Positions 41,494-50,879 are shown, numbered from the stretch's first letter. The stretch: DNA of 64,000 bases from Anaerolineaceae bacterium (GCA_034933225.1 JAYFNV010000025.1:10457-74456), one strand, 5' to 3'. Notes: generated by a model from the letters alone, not told the origin. A program made the numbers and translations.

Positions 41494-42543
41494 TTATACT
41501 AGCCAACAAGCATGTTCGGGGAAACTCACCACAACTTCGTTGCCAGTTTGCGGCAGGACCAGGCGTCTTTCATTGAACAGGTCGGCACTCACCATGGCGC
41601 CGCCCAGGTCCACGCGCATGCGCACCACTGACCCCAAAAAGAGGATGGATTCCACCCGGCCGCGCAGAGTATTGCGGCCTTCACCTGTGCCGATGTGTAG
41701 CTCTTCCGGTCGGATGGCCAGGCGCGGGGTAGCGCTGATGCTGCGGCTGGGGTCGTGTTCAAACTTCACCGTCTGACCGGCCAGTTTGCAGGTGCCTTTT
41801 TCCAGAACGATATCTGTGACGGGGATGAGGTTCAACTGGCCCACAAATTGCGCCACAAACTCTGTGGAGGGGTAATTGTAGATGGTTGCGGGCGTGCCCA
41901 CCTGCTCCATGTGACCCTGGCTCATCACCACTACCCGGTCAGAGAGCAGCAAGGCTTCTTCCTGATCGTGGGTCACATACACCGTGGTGATGCCCATGGT
42001 GCGCTGAATGCGGCGGATCTCCAACCTCAGCTCCACGCGGATCTTGGCATCAAGAGCAGAGAGCGGCTCATCCAGCAAGAGCACGTTGGGGTTGATGGCA
42101 AGGGCGCGCGCCAGAGCGATGCGCTGCTGCTGCCCACCGGAAAGCTGGTAGGGATACTTATCAATATGTTTTTCCAGATGCACCAGTTCCAGCATCTCTT
42201 TTACCTTGGTCTTCACCTCGGCTTCAGGCATCTTGCGCACTTCCAGCCCGAACCCAATATTCTGCCCGATGGTCAGGTTGGGGAACAAAGCGTAAGACTG
42301 GAACACCATGCCCACATTACGGGCATTGGGCGATTTATAGGTAATGTCTTCACCGTTAAGTGTGATGGTGCCAGTGCTTGGCATTTCAAAGCCTGCGATC
42401 ATACGCAGCGTGGTGGTCTTGCCGCAGCCAGAAGGTCCGAGAAAAGAGACGAACTCTCCCTTTTCCACATCCAGGTTGAAATCTTCCACCGCGACCGCAG
42501 ATCCGAAGACCTTGGAAATATTTGCTAAAGAAAGATAGGTCAT
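41494..42543 (-). CDS. ABC transporter ATP-binding protein (PotA/FbpC-type importer ATPase)
   Basis: Walker A GPSGCGKTT, signature LSGGQQQR, Walker B LLLDEPLSALD, plus a C-terminal TOBE-like regulatory domain. Confidence 0.9.
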   Translation of the reverse strand: MTYLSLANISKVFGSAVAVEDFNLDVEKGEFVSFLGPSGCGKTTTLRMIAGFEMPSTGTITLNGEDITYKSPNARNVGMVFQSYALFPNLTIGQNIGFGLEVRKMPEAEVKTKVKEMLELVHLEKHIDKYPYQLSGGQQQRIALARALAINPNVLLLDEPLSALDAKIRVELRLEIRRIQRTMGITTVYVTHDQEEALLLSDRVVVMSQGHMEQVGTPATIYNYPSTEFVAQFVGQLNLIPVTDIVLEKGTCKLAGQTVKFEHDPSRSISATPRLAIRPEELHIGTGEGRNTLRGRVESILFLGSVVRMRVDLGGAMVSADLFNERRLVLPQTGNEVVVSFPEHACWLV

Positions 42544-42583
42544 AATTCACCGTGTATTTTCGTAGAGTATTGTCGGGCAGAGA

Positions 42584-43381
42584 TCATCTTGCGCCGGCAA
42601 GAGAACCGCTATCTGCTTTACCGCGGTTGAACAACTGGATCAATCCCATGAAGGCCCAGGTAAACATAAAGCTGATGATGGCCAGGGAGGAAGACTCATA
42701 GGTTCTGTTCTGGCCCACAAGGGACATGTAGGGACCAAAAGCCTTGATCCCCACCATGAAGCTGGCGATTGTGTACTCCCCGATAACAGTTGCCAGGGTG
42801 AGAAAGGCACTGCTAAGGACCGCTACCTTGAGGTTGGGCAGTATGATCTTGAACATAATGGTGGCCCAGTTGGCGCCCAAACTCTGGGCTGCCTCGGTGA
42901 GGGCGCGCACATCTATAGCGGCCAGGCCGGTATCAACGGAACGGAAGACGTAGGGCAGGGCTAACACAACATAGGCTGCCACCAGCAGCACGTCCGTGCC
43001 AATAAAGGAATTGGTCAGGAAGAACGGCGCACCGCTGAAGACGCGGATGAGGCCAAACACCAACACAATGGCCGGTACCACAAATGGCAGCATGGATATG
43101 AATTCCAACATGCCACGCAGTTTGGGCAGGCGCAGGCGGATCCAATAGGCCGTGGGGACGACCAGCAAAATGCTCACGATGATGGTGAAGACCGCGATGA
43201 TGAGCGAGAACTCGATGGTGCTCCAGAAATTGGGATCCTTGAATACGTTCTGATACGAGAGAAAAGATAAGACGCCTTTTTTGGCTCTTAACGAGAAATC
43301 AAAAGTTGAATACAACGGCAGAACAAAGTAGATCGTGCCGAGAATAATCCAAAGCCAGGACCAAAAGGATTTTCGCTTCAT
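42584..43381 (-). CDS. ABC transporter permease (PotC-like)
   Basis: Six-helix permease with an EAA-type loop (TEAAQSLGANWATIMFKIILP). I prefer the ATG at 43381 (ATGA overlap with the upstream stop) over the track GTG at 43393. Confidence 0.85.
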   Translation of the reverse strand: MKRKSFWSWLWIILGTIYFVLPLYSTFDFSLRAKKGVLSFLSYQNVFKDPNFWSTIEFSLIIAVFTIIVSILLVVPTAYWIRLRLPKLRGMLEFISMLPFVVPAIVLVFGLIRVFSGAPFFLTNSFIGTDVLLVAAYVVLALPYVFRSVDTGLAAIDVRALTEAAQSLGANWATIMFKIILPNLKVAVLSSAFLTLATVIGEYTIASFMVGIKAFGPYMSLVGQNRTYESSSLAIISFMFTWAFMGLIQLFNRGKADSGSLAGAR

Positions 43382-44289
43382 TGGCGCAGCCACCTTTCGC
43401 TTCTACGTCGGAGGATGTAATAGATCGACATCATCACTGCCATGACGAACACCATCCCAATTGCCAGGGCATAGCCCAGGCCGGGATTGTAATAAATATC
43501 ACCCTTGATCTGCGAGCCGATGACGATGGTGATAAGGTTGATAAAACCACCCGTCAGGGAGTAGGCAGTGGCATAAGCGCCGAAGGAGTTGCCAAACAGC
43601 AGGATCATAGAGCCAAGGATCGAAGGCATCAAAATGGGCAATGCCACCTTGCGCCAGTAAACGGCATTGGTGGCGCCCAGGTTCTGGGCGGCTTCGCTCC
43701 ATTCTTTCTTCAACCCATCCAGTGCCGGGGTAATGACCAGCACCATCAGGGGGAACTGGAAGAACATATAGGTCAGCGAAAGGCCCCAGAAACTGTACAG
43801 ACTAAACCCCTGATCATAAAGGTTTAGCCCGAACACATTCTTGAGTAATAAGGTCACCAGGCCTGTGCGTCCCAAAGTGGCGATAAACGCGAAAGCCAGC
43901 GGTACGCCGGCAAAGTTTGAGGCCACACCAGAGAAGGTCATCAGGCTGGAGCGAACACCCTTGGGCAATTTACCCACAGTGACCGCATAGGCCATCAAAA
44001 ATCCCAACAGACCGCCGCCAAGCGCGGTGGTGAGGCTGATCTTGATGGTGACCCAGTAGGCACTGAGGATAGATGGATCGAACAGCCCTTTGAAGTTCTG
44101 CAGGGTGAATTGGCCGGCATTGTTCTGGAATGCGCCCACCAACAGGGTAACAGAAGGCAGCACGATGAACAGGAAGGCGAACAGGAAGAAAGGTACCACC
44201 CCCAACCAGTTTCGCCACGGCAAAGGTGCGGGACGCGCTTTGCGCGCGTCCCGTTTTTCATTTACATTTGCATCGATCTTATTTGACAT
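43378..44289 (-). CDS. ABC transporter permease (PotB-like)
   Basis: EAA loop SEAAQNLGATNAVYWRKVALP. I prefer the start at 44289 (MSNKID...), which overlaps the SBP stop (ATGTCAAATAA); the track start at 44379 lies inside the SBP gene. Confidence 0.8.
   Translation of the reverse strand: MSNKIDANVNEKRDARKARPAPLPWRNWLGVVPFFLFAFLFIVLPSVTLLVGAFQNNAGQFTLQNFKGLFDPSILSAYWVTIKISLTTALGGGLLGFLMAYAVTVGKLPKGVRSSLMTFSGVASNFAGVPLAFAFIATLGRTGLVTLLLKNVFGLNLYDQGFSLYSFWGLSLTYMFFQFPLMVLVITPALDGLKKEWSEAAQNLGATNAVYWRKVALPILMPSILGSMILLFGNSFGAYATAYSLTGGFINLITIVIGSQIKGDIYYNPGLGYALAIGMVFVMAVMMSIYYILRRRSERWLRQ
44230..44258. other. strong GC-rich hairpin just downstream of the SBP gene, inside the first permease codons
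   Basis: GGGACGCGC-tttgc-GCGCGTCCC (perfect 9-bp stem). The T run is on the plus (antisense) side only. Confidence 0.5.
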
Positions 44290-45403
44290 CTGCGCCCACG
44301 ACCGACATCCATTGGTCACCGATGAGTTGTTTGGCTGCATTGATCTGGTCAATGCTCGGGAAGGCCACGGGGCCATCAAAGGTAGGCAGCTTGGCAGCGA
44401 TCTCAGCGGGGATCACACCACGGGTCTGCATATCTTTGTAGCGGATGGGGTGGCAGTAACCCTTCATCCAGATATTCTGACCTTCATCACTGTAGAGGAA
44501 TTCTTCCCACAGTTTGGCAGCATTGGGATGGGGAGCGTAAGCAGAAATTGCCTGAATATAGATACCGGCGATGGTACCGCTCTTGGGGTAAACCACGGCA
44601 ATATTGGGGTTGCCAGCCAGGGTATCTTTATCGGCCAGAGCGCTGTAGTCCCAGCGCAGAATGATGGGGGTCTCGCCCTTGGCGACGGTCGCCTGTTTGG
44701 CAATGACCGGCACAAAGTTACCCGCTTCATTGACCTGTTTGAAGAAGTCAAGGCCAGGTTGGACAGCATCCAACGAACCGCCGTTGTAGATGGCTGCCGC
44801 GTAAACAGACATCTGAGCCTGAGCAGAAGCGCGGGGATCACCGGCTAAAGCAAATTGGCCTTTGTACTCTTCTTTGAGCAGGTCAGCCCAGTCAGCAGGG
44901 ACGTTGGTAACAACATCACTGTTCACTTCCAGGGCTAATACACCGTAGTAATCGCCATACCAATAGCCGTCGGGGTCTTTTGAATCAGCCGGGATGGAAT
45001 CCCAGGTGGAGACTTTGTAGGGCATGACCAGTTTGTCAGCGATCAGTTGGGGACCAAAACCATAGCCCACGTCAATGACATCTGGTGCCTGCGGGCCCTT
45101 GTTGTCTTTGTTGGCAACAATAGCCTGGATCTCATCCGCAGAACCCCCATCAGGGTTGAGTTCGTTGATGGTAATTCCATACTTGGCTGAGAAGGTGGAG
45201 AGCGCTTCACCGTAGTTGCACCAATCGTGTGGAAGTGCGATTACCGTCAGATTACCTTCTGCTTTGGCCGCCGCAACAAGTTCATCCATGGCAGCATTAC
45301 CGGTTGAGCTCGTTGTTGTGGTTGTTTTGGCACATGCAGCCAAAAACAGCGACGCAACGATTAAAACAGTAACAACACCGAACAGGGTTTTAGTGCGCAT
45401 CAT
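44279..45403 (-). CDS. ABC transporter substrate-binding lipoprotein (family-1, PotD/AfuA-like)
   Basis: Lipobox LFLAAC|AK followed by a Thr/Ser linker. Size and pattern of family-1 solute-binding proteins. First gene of the minus-strand block. Confidence 0.85.
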   Translation of the reverse strand: MMRTKTLFGVVTVLIVASLFLAACAKTTTTTSSTGNAAMDELVAAAKAEGNLTVIALPHDWCNYGEALSTFSAKYGITINELNPDGGSADEIQAIVANKDNKGPQAPDVIDVGYGFGPQLIADKLVMPYKVSTWDSIPADSKDPDGYWYGDYYGVLALEVNSDVVTNVPADWADLLKEEYKGQFALAGDPRASAQAQMSVYAAAIYNGGSLDAVQPGLDFFKQVNEAGNFVPVIAKQATVAKGETPIILRWDYSALADKDTLAGNPNIAVVYPKSGTIAGIYIQAISAYAPHPNAAKLWEEFLYSDEGQNIWMKGYCHPIRYKDMQTRGVIPAEIAAKLPTFDGPVAFPSIDQINAAKQLIGDQWMSVVGADVK

Positions 45404-45646
45404 ATTCTCCTTATTTAAGATAAAAAATCAGTTAAGCGCTTGCTTAACTGAAATTCTCAAAATAATCCCTAGCTTGCTTTTTCTTTCAAGCTTACAGAAC
45501 TCACTCGTTCTTTGCGGTCATATTTCTTACAATAAGGTATTCGATTAGGGTACATATCCATCCTAGATATTAATTATTATACACGATAGGGCAATACCCC
45601 TTATCGGACAAAATTCCATAATAATCAGTAAATCGCAACCAAAACT

Positions 45647-45690
45647 ACACAATACAAACACATAATCAAAACATAATCATCACAATAGAT
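45647..45690 (+). promoter_or_regulatory. four 11-bp-phased direct repeats (Pho-box-like)
   Basis: ACACAATACAA / ACACATAATCA / AAACATAATCA / TCACAATAGAT. The (A/C)ACA cores end at 45651, 45662, 45673 and 45684, abutting the -35 element. Confidence 0.35.
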
Positions 45691-45718
45691 TGACTTTCCT
45701 TCGAAAACAAGCTAAGAT
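45690..45718 (+). promoter_or_regulatory. sigma70-like promoter candidate for the DUF47-PiT operon
   Basis: TTGACT, 17 nt, TAAGAT. Confidence 0.4.
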
Positions 45719-45852
45719 ATTTACACTATACTATGACACAATCTTCTGAGAGCAGATCATGAAATCTGTTCTTTTTACCTTATGCAGGCAAATCTCTAGA
45801 ATTCAGGCAATTTCATCTCAAAGCATCTCTGTTGTAAACAGGAATGGTATTT

Positions 45853-46476
45853 ATGGCACTCTCACTATTTAAGAAACGCCAAAGTCTTTTCATCACCCAC
45901 ATTCATAATCAGGCGGCCACCACCCTGGCCGGGCTGGAAGCGCTGGTAGCGTATTTTAACGATCAAAGCCAGGAATCAGCCGCCACCCTCACCCGCAAAG
46001 AAAAAGAAGCGGACGAATTTCGGCGAATTTTGATCTACGAACTGAACAAAACCTTCGTCACCCCATTTGACCGCGAAGACCTGTTCGATCTCTCCCGCAC
46101 CATTGATGATGTGCTTGACTACGCCTTCAGTACTTTGGAAGAAGTGGAACTGTTGAAGGTCACCCCCACCGAGTACATGAAAAAGATCGCCGTTTTGCTG
46201 CGCGATGCCGCCAATGAACTGCTGATGGCAGTGGATCGCCTGGATGATTACCCGGGCGTGGCCAATGAACATGCCCAACGCGCCAAGGCCATTGAGAACC
46301 GCATCGAGGTTCTTTACCGTGAGGCTCTGGCCGAGCTTTTTGAAGGCATTGAAGACACCAAACATGTTATGAAAGTGTTCAAATACCGCGAAGTTTATCG
46401 CCATCTCAGCAACGCAGCCGACCGGGGGGATGAAGCCGCTAATGTGATCGCCAGCATTGTGATGAAGAAAGGCTAA
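45853..46476 (+). CDS. DUF47 (PhoU-like, Pit accessory) protein
   Basis: Pattern KEKEADEFRR...TPFDREDL...DD, typical of the TIGR00153/DUF47 proteins that precede PiT genes. I prefer the ATG at 45853 (AGGA 9 nt upstream) over 45844. Confidence 0.8.
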   Translation: MALSLFKKRQSLFITHIHNQAATTLAGLEALVAYFNDQSQESAATLTRKEKEADEFRRILIYELNKTFVTPFDREDLFDLSRTIDDVLDYAFSTLEEVELLKVTPTEYMKKIAVLLRDAANELLMAVDRLDDYPGVANEHAQRAKAIENRIEVLYREALAELFEGIEDTKHVMKVFKYREVYRHLSNAADRGDEAANVIASIVMKKG

Positions 46477-46483
46477 TGCATTC

Positions 46484-47470
46484 ATGCCTGCCAACATGAT
46501 CGCCCTACTTATCCTGGGGCTAATTTTTGATTTCATCAATGGCATCCACGATTCCAGCAACATTGTGGCCACCATGATCTCTTCGCATGCGCTATCACCG
46601 CGCTGGTCGCTCACAGTCATCGCCCTGGCTGAGTTTTCCGGCCCGCTGATCTTTGGGGTGGCCGTGGCAAAAACGGTCGGTGGCGGTATTGTGCTGCCTG
46701 ATTTTGTGACCATGAACGCTCTACTGGCTGCTGTGGGCAGTGCAATATTGTGGGGGTTGATCACCTGGTATCTGGGCATTCCAAGCAGCGCTTCCCATGC
46801 CGTCATCGGCGGGCTGCTCGGCGCTGTAGTGATGAGCAACGGCTGGCACGCCGTTTATATCAGCGGCATCATTAAAGTGCTGATCATTCTGTTCACCTCT
46901 CCCCTCATCGGTTTTGTAATGGGGTTTCTTGTCACCAAACTGGTGATCCTGGCCAGTTGGAAAGCCACCCCCAGAGTGAATGAAGTGTACAAAAAAGGCC
47001 AGGTTGCCACCTCAGTGGCGTTGGCACTGAGCTATGGTGCCAATGACGCCCAGAAGACCATGGGCATTCTCACCCTGGGACTGCTCACTTCGGGTGTGAT
47101 CCAAAGCTTTAATGTGCCCTTCTGGGTGGTGATCTCCTGCGCCTCCATGATCGCGTTCGGCACCATGGTGGGCGGCTGGCGGCTCATCCGCACCCTGGGC
47201 GCCAAGTTCTTTAAGATCCGCCCCATGGATGGTTTTTCCACACAGCTTGCTTCCACCGCCGTCATTCTGGGAGCTTCCTTCTTTGGCGGTCTGGTCTCCA
47301 CAACCCAGGTGGTCAGCACGGCCATCATGGGTGTAGGCAGCGCAGAACGCATGAACAAGGTGCGTTGGGGCGTTGCCAAAGACATCGTACTGGCCTGGAT
47401 CCTGACCATTCCCTCCACTGCCCTCATCGGCGCCGGGCTGCTGTGGCTGATCGCACGATTTATCTGGTAA
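46484..47470 (+). CDS. inorganic phosphate transporter, PiT family
   Basis: FDFINGIHDSSN and GANDAQKTMGI signatures; polytopic. Confidence 0.9.
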   Translation: MPANMIALLILGLIFDFINGIHDSSNIVATMISSHALSPRWSLTVIALAEFSGPLIFGVAVAKTVGGGIVLPDFVTMNALLAAVGSAILWGLITWYLGIPSSASHAVIGGLLGAVVMSNGWHAVYISGIIKVLIILFTSPLIGFVMGFLVTKLVILASWKATPRVNEVYKKGQVATSVALALSYGANDAQKTMGILTLGLLTSGVIQSFNVPFWVVISCASMIAFGTMVGGWRLIRTLGAKFFKIRPMDGFSTQLASTAVILGASFFGGLVSTTQVVSTAIMGVGSAERMNKVRWGVAKDIVLAWILTIPSTALIGAGLLWLIARFIW

Positions 47471-47488
47471 GCTCTGGCAAGGAGAGAA

Positions 47489-47836
47489 ATGATCACCTTC
47501 AACCCCGCTCACAAAGCGGTCCTGGATGACCTCCTCCTCGGGATGCCCACTGTGCGTTCCGGCAAAATGTTTGGTTTCCCGGCTTATTACGCTGGCAAGA
47601 AACTGTGTATTTGCCTGTATGAAAATGGGGTCGGGATAAAAGTTCCAGAAGCAACCGTGCAAAAACTGCTACAGGCTGACCCCAACACCATTCCCTTTCA
47701 GCCTTTAGGCAAACACGTGATGCGTGAATGGGTACAGATCAATCTGGCCGATTCAACCGGTTATCAGGCCTACCTGCCGATATTTCAGGAATCGGTGAAC
47801 TATGTTTTGGCATTACAAATGGAAGGGAAAAGCTAA
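47489..47836 (+). CDS. TfoX-N-terminal-domain-like small protein
   Basis: SD AAGGAGAG. The KMFGFPAYYAGKKLCICLYENGVGIKV pattern resembles the TfoX_N fold family. Confidence 0.5.
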   Translation: MITFNPAHKAVLDDLLLGMPTVRSGKMFGFPAYYAGKKLCICLYENGVGIKVPEATVQKLLQADPNTIPFQPLGKHVMREWVQINLADSTGYQAYLPIFQESVNYVLALQMEGKS

Positions 47837-47838
47837 AA

Positions 47839-48078
47839 ATGGAATATGACCGCGAAAAAGTGGATGAAATGGTGCTGGCCTTGCTTTTCCTGACCAGTTC
47901 CCCGGTTGGAGAAGGCGCCAGAGCCTGGAAAGGCCTGCCGCTGGACGTGTTGAACAACCTGGTCCAAAAAGGTTACATCAGCGAGATCAATTCCAAGTCA
48001 CCCATCCTCGACCTTTCTACGGAAGGCGCGCAGCTTTCAAAAGAATTGTTCTACAAGTATTTTGACGCCAAAGACTGA
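47839..48078 (+). CDS. small hypothetical protein (DUF6429-like by recollection)
   Basis: ATG 3 nt after the upstream stop (MEYDREKVDEMVLALLFLTS...AWKGLPLDVLNNLVQKGYIS). The track start at 47728 overlaps the previous gene. Confidence 0.45.
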   Translation: MEYDREKVDEMVLALLFLTSSPVGEGARAWKGLPLDVLNNLVQKGYISEINSKSPILDLSTEGAQLSKELFYKYFDAKD

Positions 48079-48081
48079 AAT

Positions 48082-49506
48082 TTACTCCCCTTTATAGGCC
48101 AGCAGGCAGCGCCCACGTGCCAGGGCATGATCCACGATCGGATCAAAATAGCTGACGCCCATCCTGGCAAGTTCAGCCGGGGAAGTCCAAGGCTGGTGTA
48201 CCAGCGGCACAGGCAGCAGACGTAATTCTGGCACCCAACGGCGGATATACTCACCGTTCGGGTCAAATTTTTGTCCCTGCAGTACCGGGTTAAAAATGCG
48301 GAAGTAAGGCGCAGCATCCGTGCCGGTACCGGCGCTCCATTGCCAGCCGCCGTTATTGGCAGCTACATCTCCATCCAACAATTGCTGCATAAAATACTTT
48401 TCTCCCCAACGCCAATCAATGAGCAGATCTTTGGTCAGGAACGAGGCCACGATCATGCGCGCACGGTTATGCATCCAACCCGTGCTGCGTAATTGACGCA
48501 TGGCGGCATCCACAATGGGGTAGCCCGTACGCCCTTCCTTCCAGGCGCTGAAGTCCTCTTCACGGTTCAACCAATGGATATTGCGTAATTCCGGCCGAAA
48601 CGAATCTTTTTGCACCTGCGGAAAGTGAAACAACACCGAATAAAAAAACTCCCGCCAGATCAGTTCATTAAGCCAGACCTTCGCTCCGTGCGCGTTCTGC
48701 TGTGAGCCTGCCTCGCTGATCCCGGATATAGCCGCGTTCACCATCTGCCTGGCAGACAGCATGCCAAAACGCAGATAAGGTGACAGGCTGGAGGTTCCTT
48801 CCAGATCCATGCGGTCGCGGTCACTGGCATAATTTTGGATTCTTGCTGCAAAAAAGCGCTCCAGGCGGCGCTGCGCTTCTGGCGCTCCTGCCATAGCAAA
48901 GGGGGTGTTCAGATCAATGGGCGGCTCAGGCAGCGCCTCACTGAAGACTTCTGTTGGAGAAGCGATCTTCCCAGGCTCAGGAAGGAGTTGGGGTTGCTGA
49001 TAGTTTTCCCGCCAGGTTTTGCTGTAAGGGGTAAATATGGTGTAGGGGGAACCATCCGCTTTTACCGTCAGGGAAGGCGGCAAGACCGTCAGCCCGCCGC
49101 AGAGATGCAGGTCAAAAAGCGCGGCAACACTGTCATCGCGCTGCCGGGCATACGCCGAAAAATCTTCTTCGGCAAAAATTGCCTGGAAGTCCATTTCCTG
49201 CTTTAACTCCGTCAGCACCTTGAGCGGTTCGCCATGGCGGAGAATGAGGCGGCTGCCCTTGCGTTGTAGATCAGCATCCAGCGCCCTGAGCCCGGCCAGC
49301 ATAAAGTCAACGCGGCGGGTGCTGGTCCGCTCCGACTTTAGCAGAACGGGGTCCAAAATGAACAGGGGCAGTACCTGTTCGGCAGAGCTGAGCGCCTGCT
49401 GCAGGGCCTGGTTATCTGCCAGACGCAGATCGCGGCGGATCCACCAAATTGCAACCGTTGGACTTGTTTTCATGCTTACATTGTACAGATGAATTACCGG
49501 GAACAT
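48082..49506 (-). CDS. phr: deoxyribodipyrimidine photolyase (CPD photolyase/cryptochrome family)
   Basis: WWIRRDLRLADN, WREFF, TGYPIVDAAMRQL, GWMHNRARMIVASFL, WQWSAGTG. Confidence 0.9.
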   Translation of the reverse strand: MFPVIHLYNVSMKTSPTVAIWWIRRDLRLADNQALQQALSSAEQVLPLFILDPVLLKSERTSTRRVDFMLAGLRALDADLQRKGSRLILRHGEPLKVLTELKQEMDFQAIFAEEDFSAYARQRDDSVAALFDLHLCGGLTVLPPSLTVKADGSPYTIFTPYSKTWRENYQQPQLLPEPGKIASPTEVFSEALPEPPIDLNTPFAMAGAPEAQRRLERFFAARIQNYASDRDRMDLEGTSSLSPYLRFGMLSARQMVNAAISGISEAGSQQNAHGAKVWLNELIWREFFYSVLFHFPQVQKDSFRPELRNIHWLNREEDFSAWKEGRTGYPIVDAAMRQLRSTGWMHNRARMIVASFLTKDLLIDWRWGEKYFMQQLLDGDVAANNGGWQWSAGTGTDAAPYFRIFNPVLQGQKFDPNGEYIRRWVPELRLLPVPLVHQPWTSPAELARMGVSYFDPIVDHALARGRCLLAYKGE

Positions 49507-49580
49507 GAAAGGTTGTATAACCCTGAGCTAAAAATTGTATAATCAAGCCATCGAGCAAACTTATTGGTCAGGAGGAGAAA

Positions 49581-49961
49581 ATGGATAACAGTAAACCAGC
49601 ACCCACCACTATTGATGAGTACATCGCCGGCTTTCCGCCCGAAATTCAAGAAAAATTACGGGCCATGCGTACCACCATCCACGCAGCCGCACCCGATGCC
49701 ACTGAAAAGATCAGCTACGGGATGCCCACCTTTTACCAACAGGGTAATGTGGTGCATTTTGCCGCCTTCAAGAACCATATTGGCTTTTTCCCGGCCCCCA
49801 GCGGAATAGAGCGGTTTACTCAAGAGATCGGCCCCTATCAAACCTCCAAAGGCACCATCCAATTTCCGCTCACAGAACCCATCCCCTTTGACCTGGTGAC
49901 CAAGATCACCGAGTACCGGGTACAAGAAAATCTGACTCGCGCAAAAACCAAAAAGAAATAG
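49581..49961 (+). CDS. DUF1801 (YdhG-like) protein
   Basis: SD GGAGGAG. Pattern IDEYIAGFPPEIQEKLRAMR...ISYGMPTF...HFAAFKNHIGFFP. Confidence 0.7.
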   Translation: MDNSKPAPTTIDEYIAGFPPEIQEKLRAMRTTIHAAAPDATEKISYGMPTFYQQGNVVHFAAFKNHIGFFPAPSGIERFTQEIGPYQTSKGTIQFPLTEPIPFDLVTKITEYRVQENLTRAKTKKK

Positions 49962-49973
49962 AAGCTAATCCCC

Positions 49974-50831
49974 ATGCGCTCAGACCAGGAGATGTACGAC
50001 CTGATATTGAATACCGCCCGGCAAGATGATCGCATCCGGGCGGTGATCCTCAATGGTTCGCGCGCCAACCCCAATGCCCAGCGTGACCGGCTGCAAGATT
50101 TTGATATTGTCTACATCGTACGTGAGCTGCAGACCTTTCTGTCCAAGCCGGGCTGGATCGATCGCTTCGGCGAGCGGATTGTGATGCAAACCCCGGATGA
50201 AATGGACGACCCCTATTGTGAAGATCGACAGCGCTTTGCTTACCTGATGCAATTTTGCGATGGCAACCGCATTGACCTGACCCTCATCACCCGCAGGGCC
50301 TTTGATACTCAGCCGCTGGATAGCCTGAGCGTTCTGCTCCTGGATAAAGACAACGACCTGCCGCCTTTCCCTGCCCCTACTGAGGCCAATTACCTGCCCA
50401 AACCGCCAGATGAGCGCGAATTCTTCAATTGCTGCAACGAGTTCTGGTGGGTGTGCCCGTATGTGGCCAAAGGTCTGGTTCGGCAAGAGATCCCCTATGC
50501 CAGGCACATGCATGAAGCAGTGGTGAGACCGCAACTCTTTAAAATGCTCACCTGGTACATTGGCTTCAAAACCGACTTCAAGGTCAACCCCGGCAAGAAC
50601 GGCAAGTACTTCAAACGTTATTTAGAAGCAGAACTGTGGGAGATGTTAAAAAAGACCTACGCCAATGCAGAGTATGATGCAAGCTGGCAGGCGCTTTTTG
50701 CCACCTGTCAACTTTTTAACAAGATCGCTCAAGATGTTTCAACCTCGCTCGGTTGGGTCTATTCTCCCGATGAAGGGATCCAGGTCCAACAATATTTGCG
50801 AGAACTGAACCAATCCCAACAAATTGATTGA
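49974..50831 (+). CDS. aminoglycoside 6-adenylyltransferase-like nucleotidyltransferase (ANT(6)/AadK family)
   Basis: MRSDQEMYDLILNTARQDDRIRAVILNGSRANPN...DFDIVYIV and the C-terminal pattern are typical of the streptomycin adenylyltransferase family. Confidence 0.8.
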   Translation: MRSDQEMYDLILNTARQDDRIRAVILNGSRANPNAQRDRLQDFDIVYIVRELQTFLSKPGWIDRFGERIVMQTPDEMDDPYCEDRQRFAYLMQFCDGNRIDLTLITRRAFDTQPLDSLSVLLLDKDNDLPPFPAPTEANYLPKPPDEREFFNCCNEFWWVCPYVAKGLVRQEIPYARHMHEAVVRPQLFKMLTWYIGFKTDFKVNPGKNGKYFKRYLEAELWEMLKKTYANAEYDASWQALFATCQLFNKIAQDVSTSLGWVYSPDEGIQVQQYLRELNQSQQID

Positions 50832-50839
50832 TCGAAGAA

Positions 50840-50868
50840 CCCCCTGAGCTCACTCAGGGGGATTTTTT
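50840..50868 (+). terminator. intrinsic terminator after the ANT(6) gene
   Basis: CCCCCTGAG-ctca-CTCAGGGGG followed by aTTTTTT. Confidence 0.8.
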
Positions 50869-50879
50869 ACTTCAAACTC

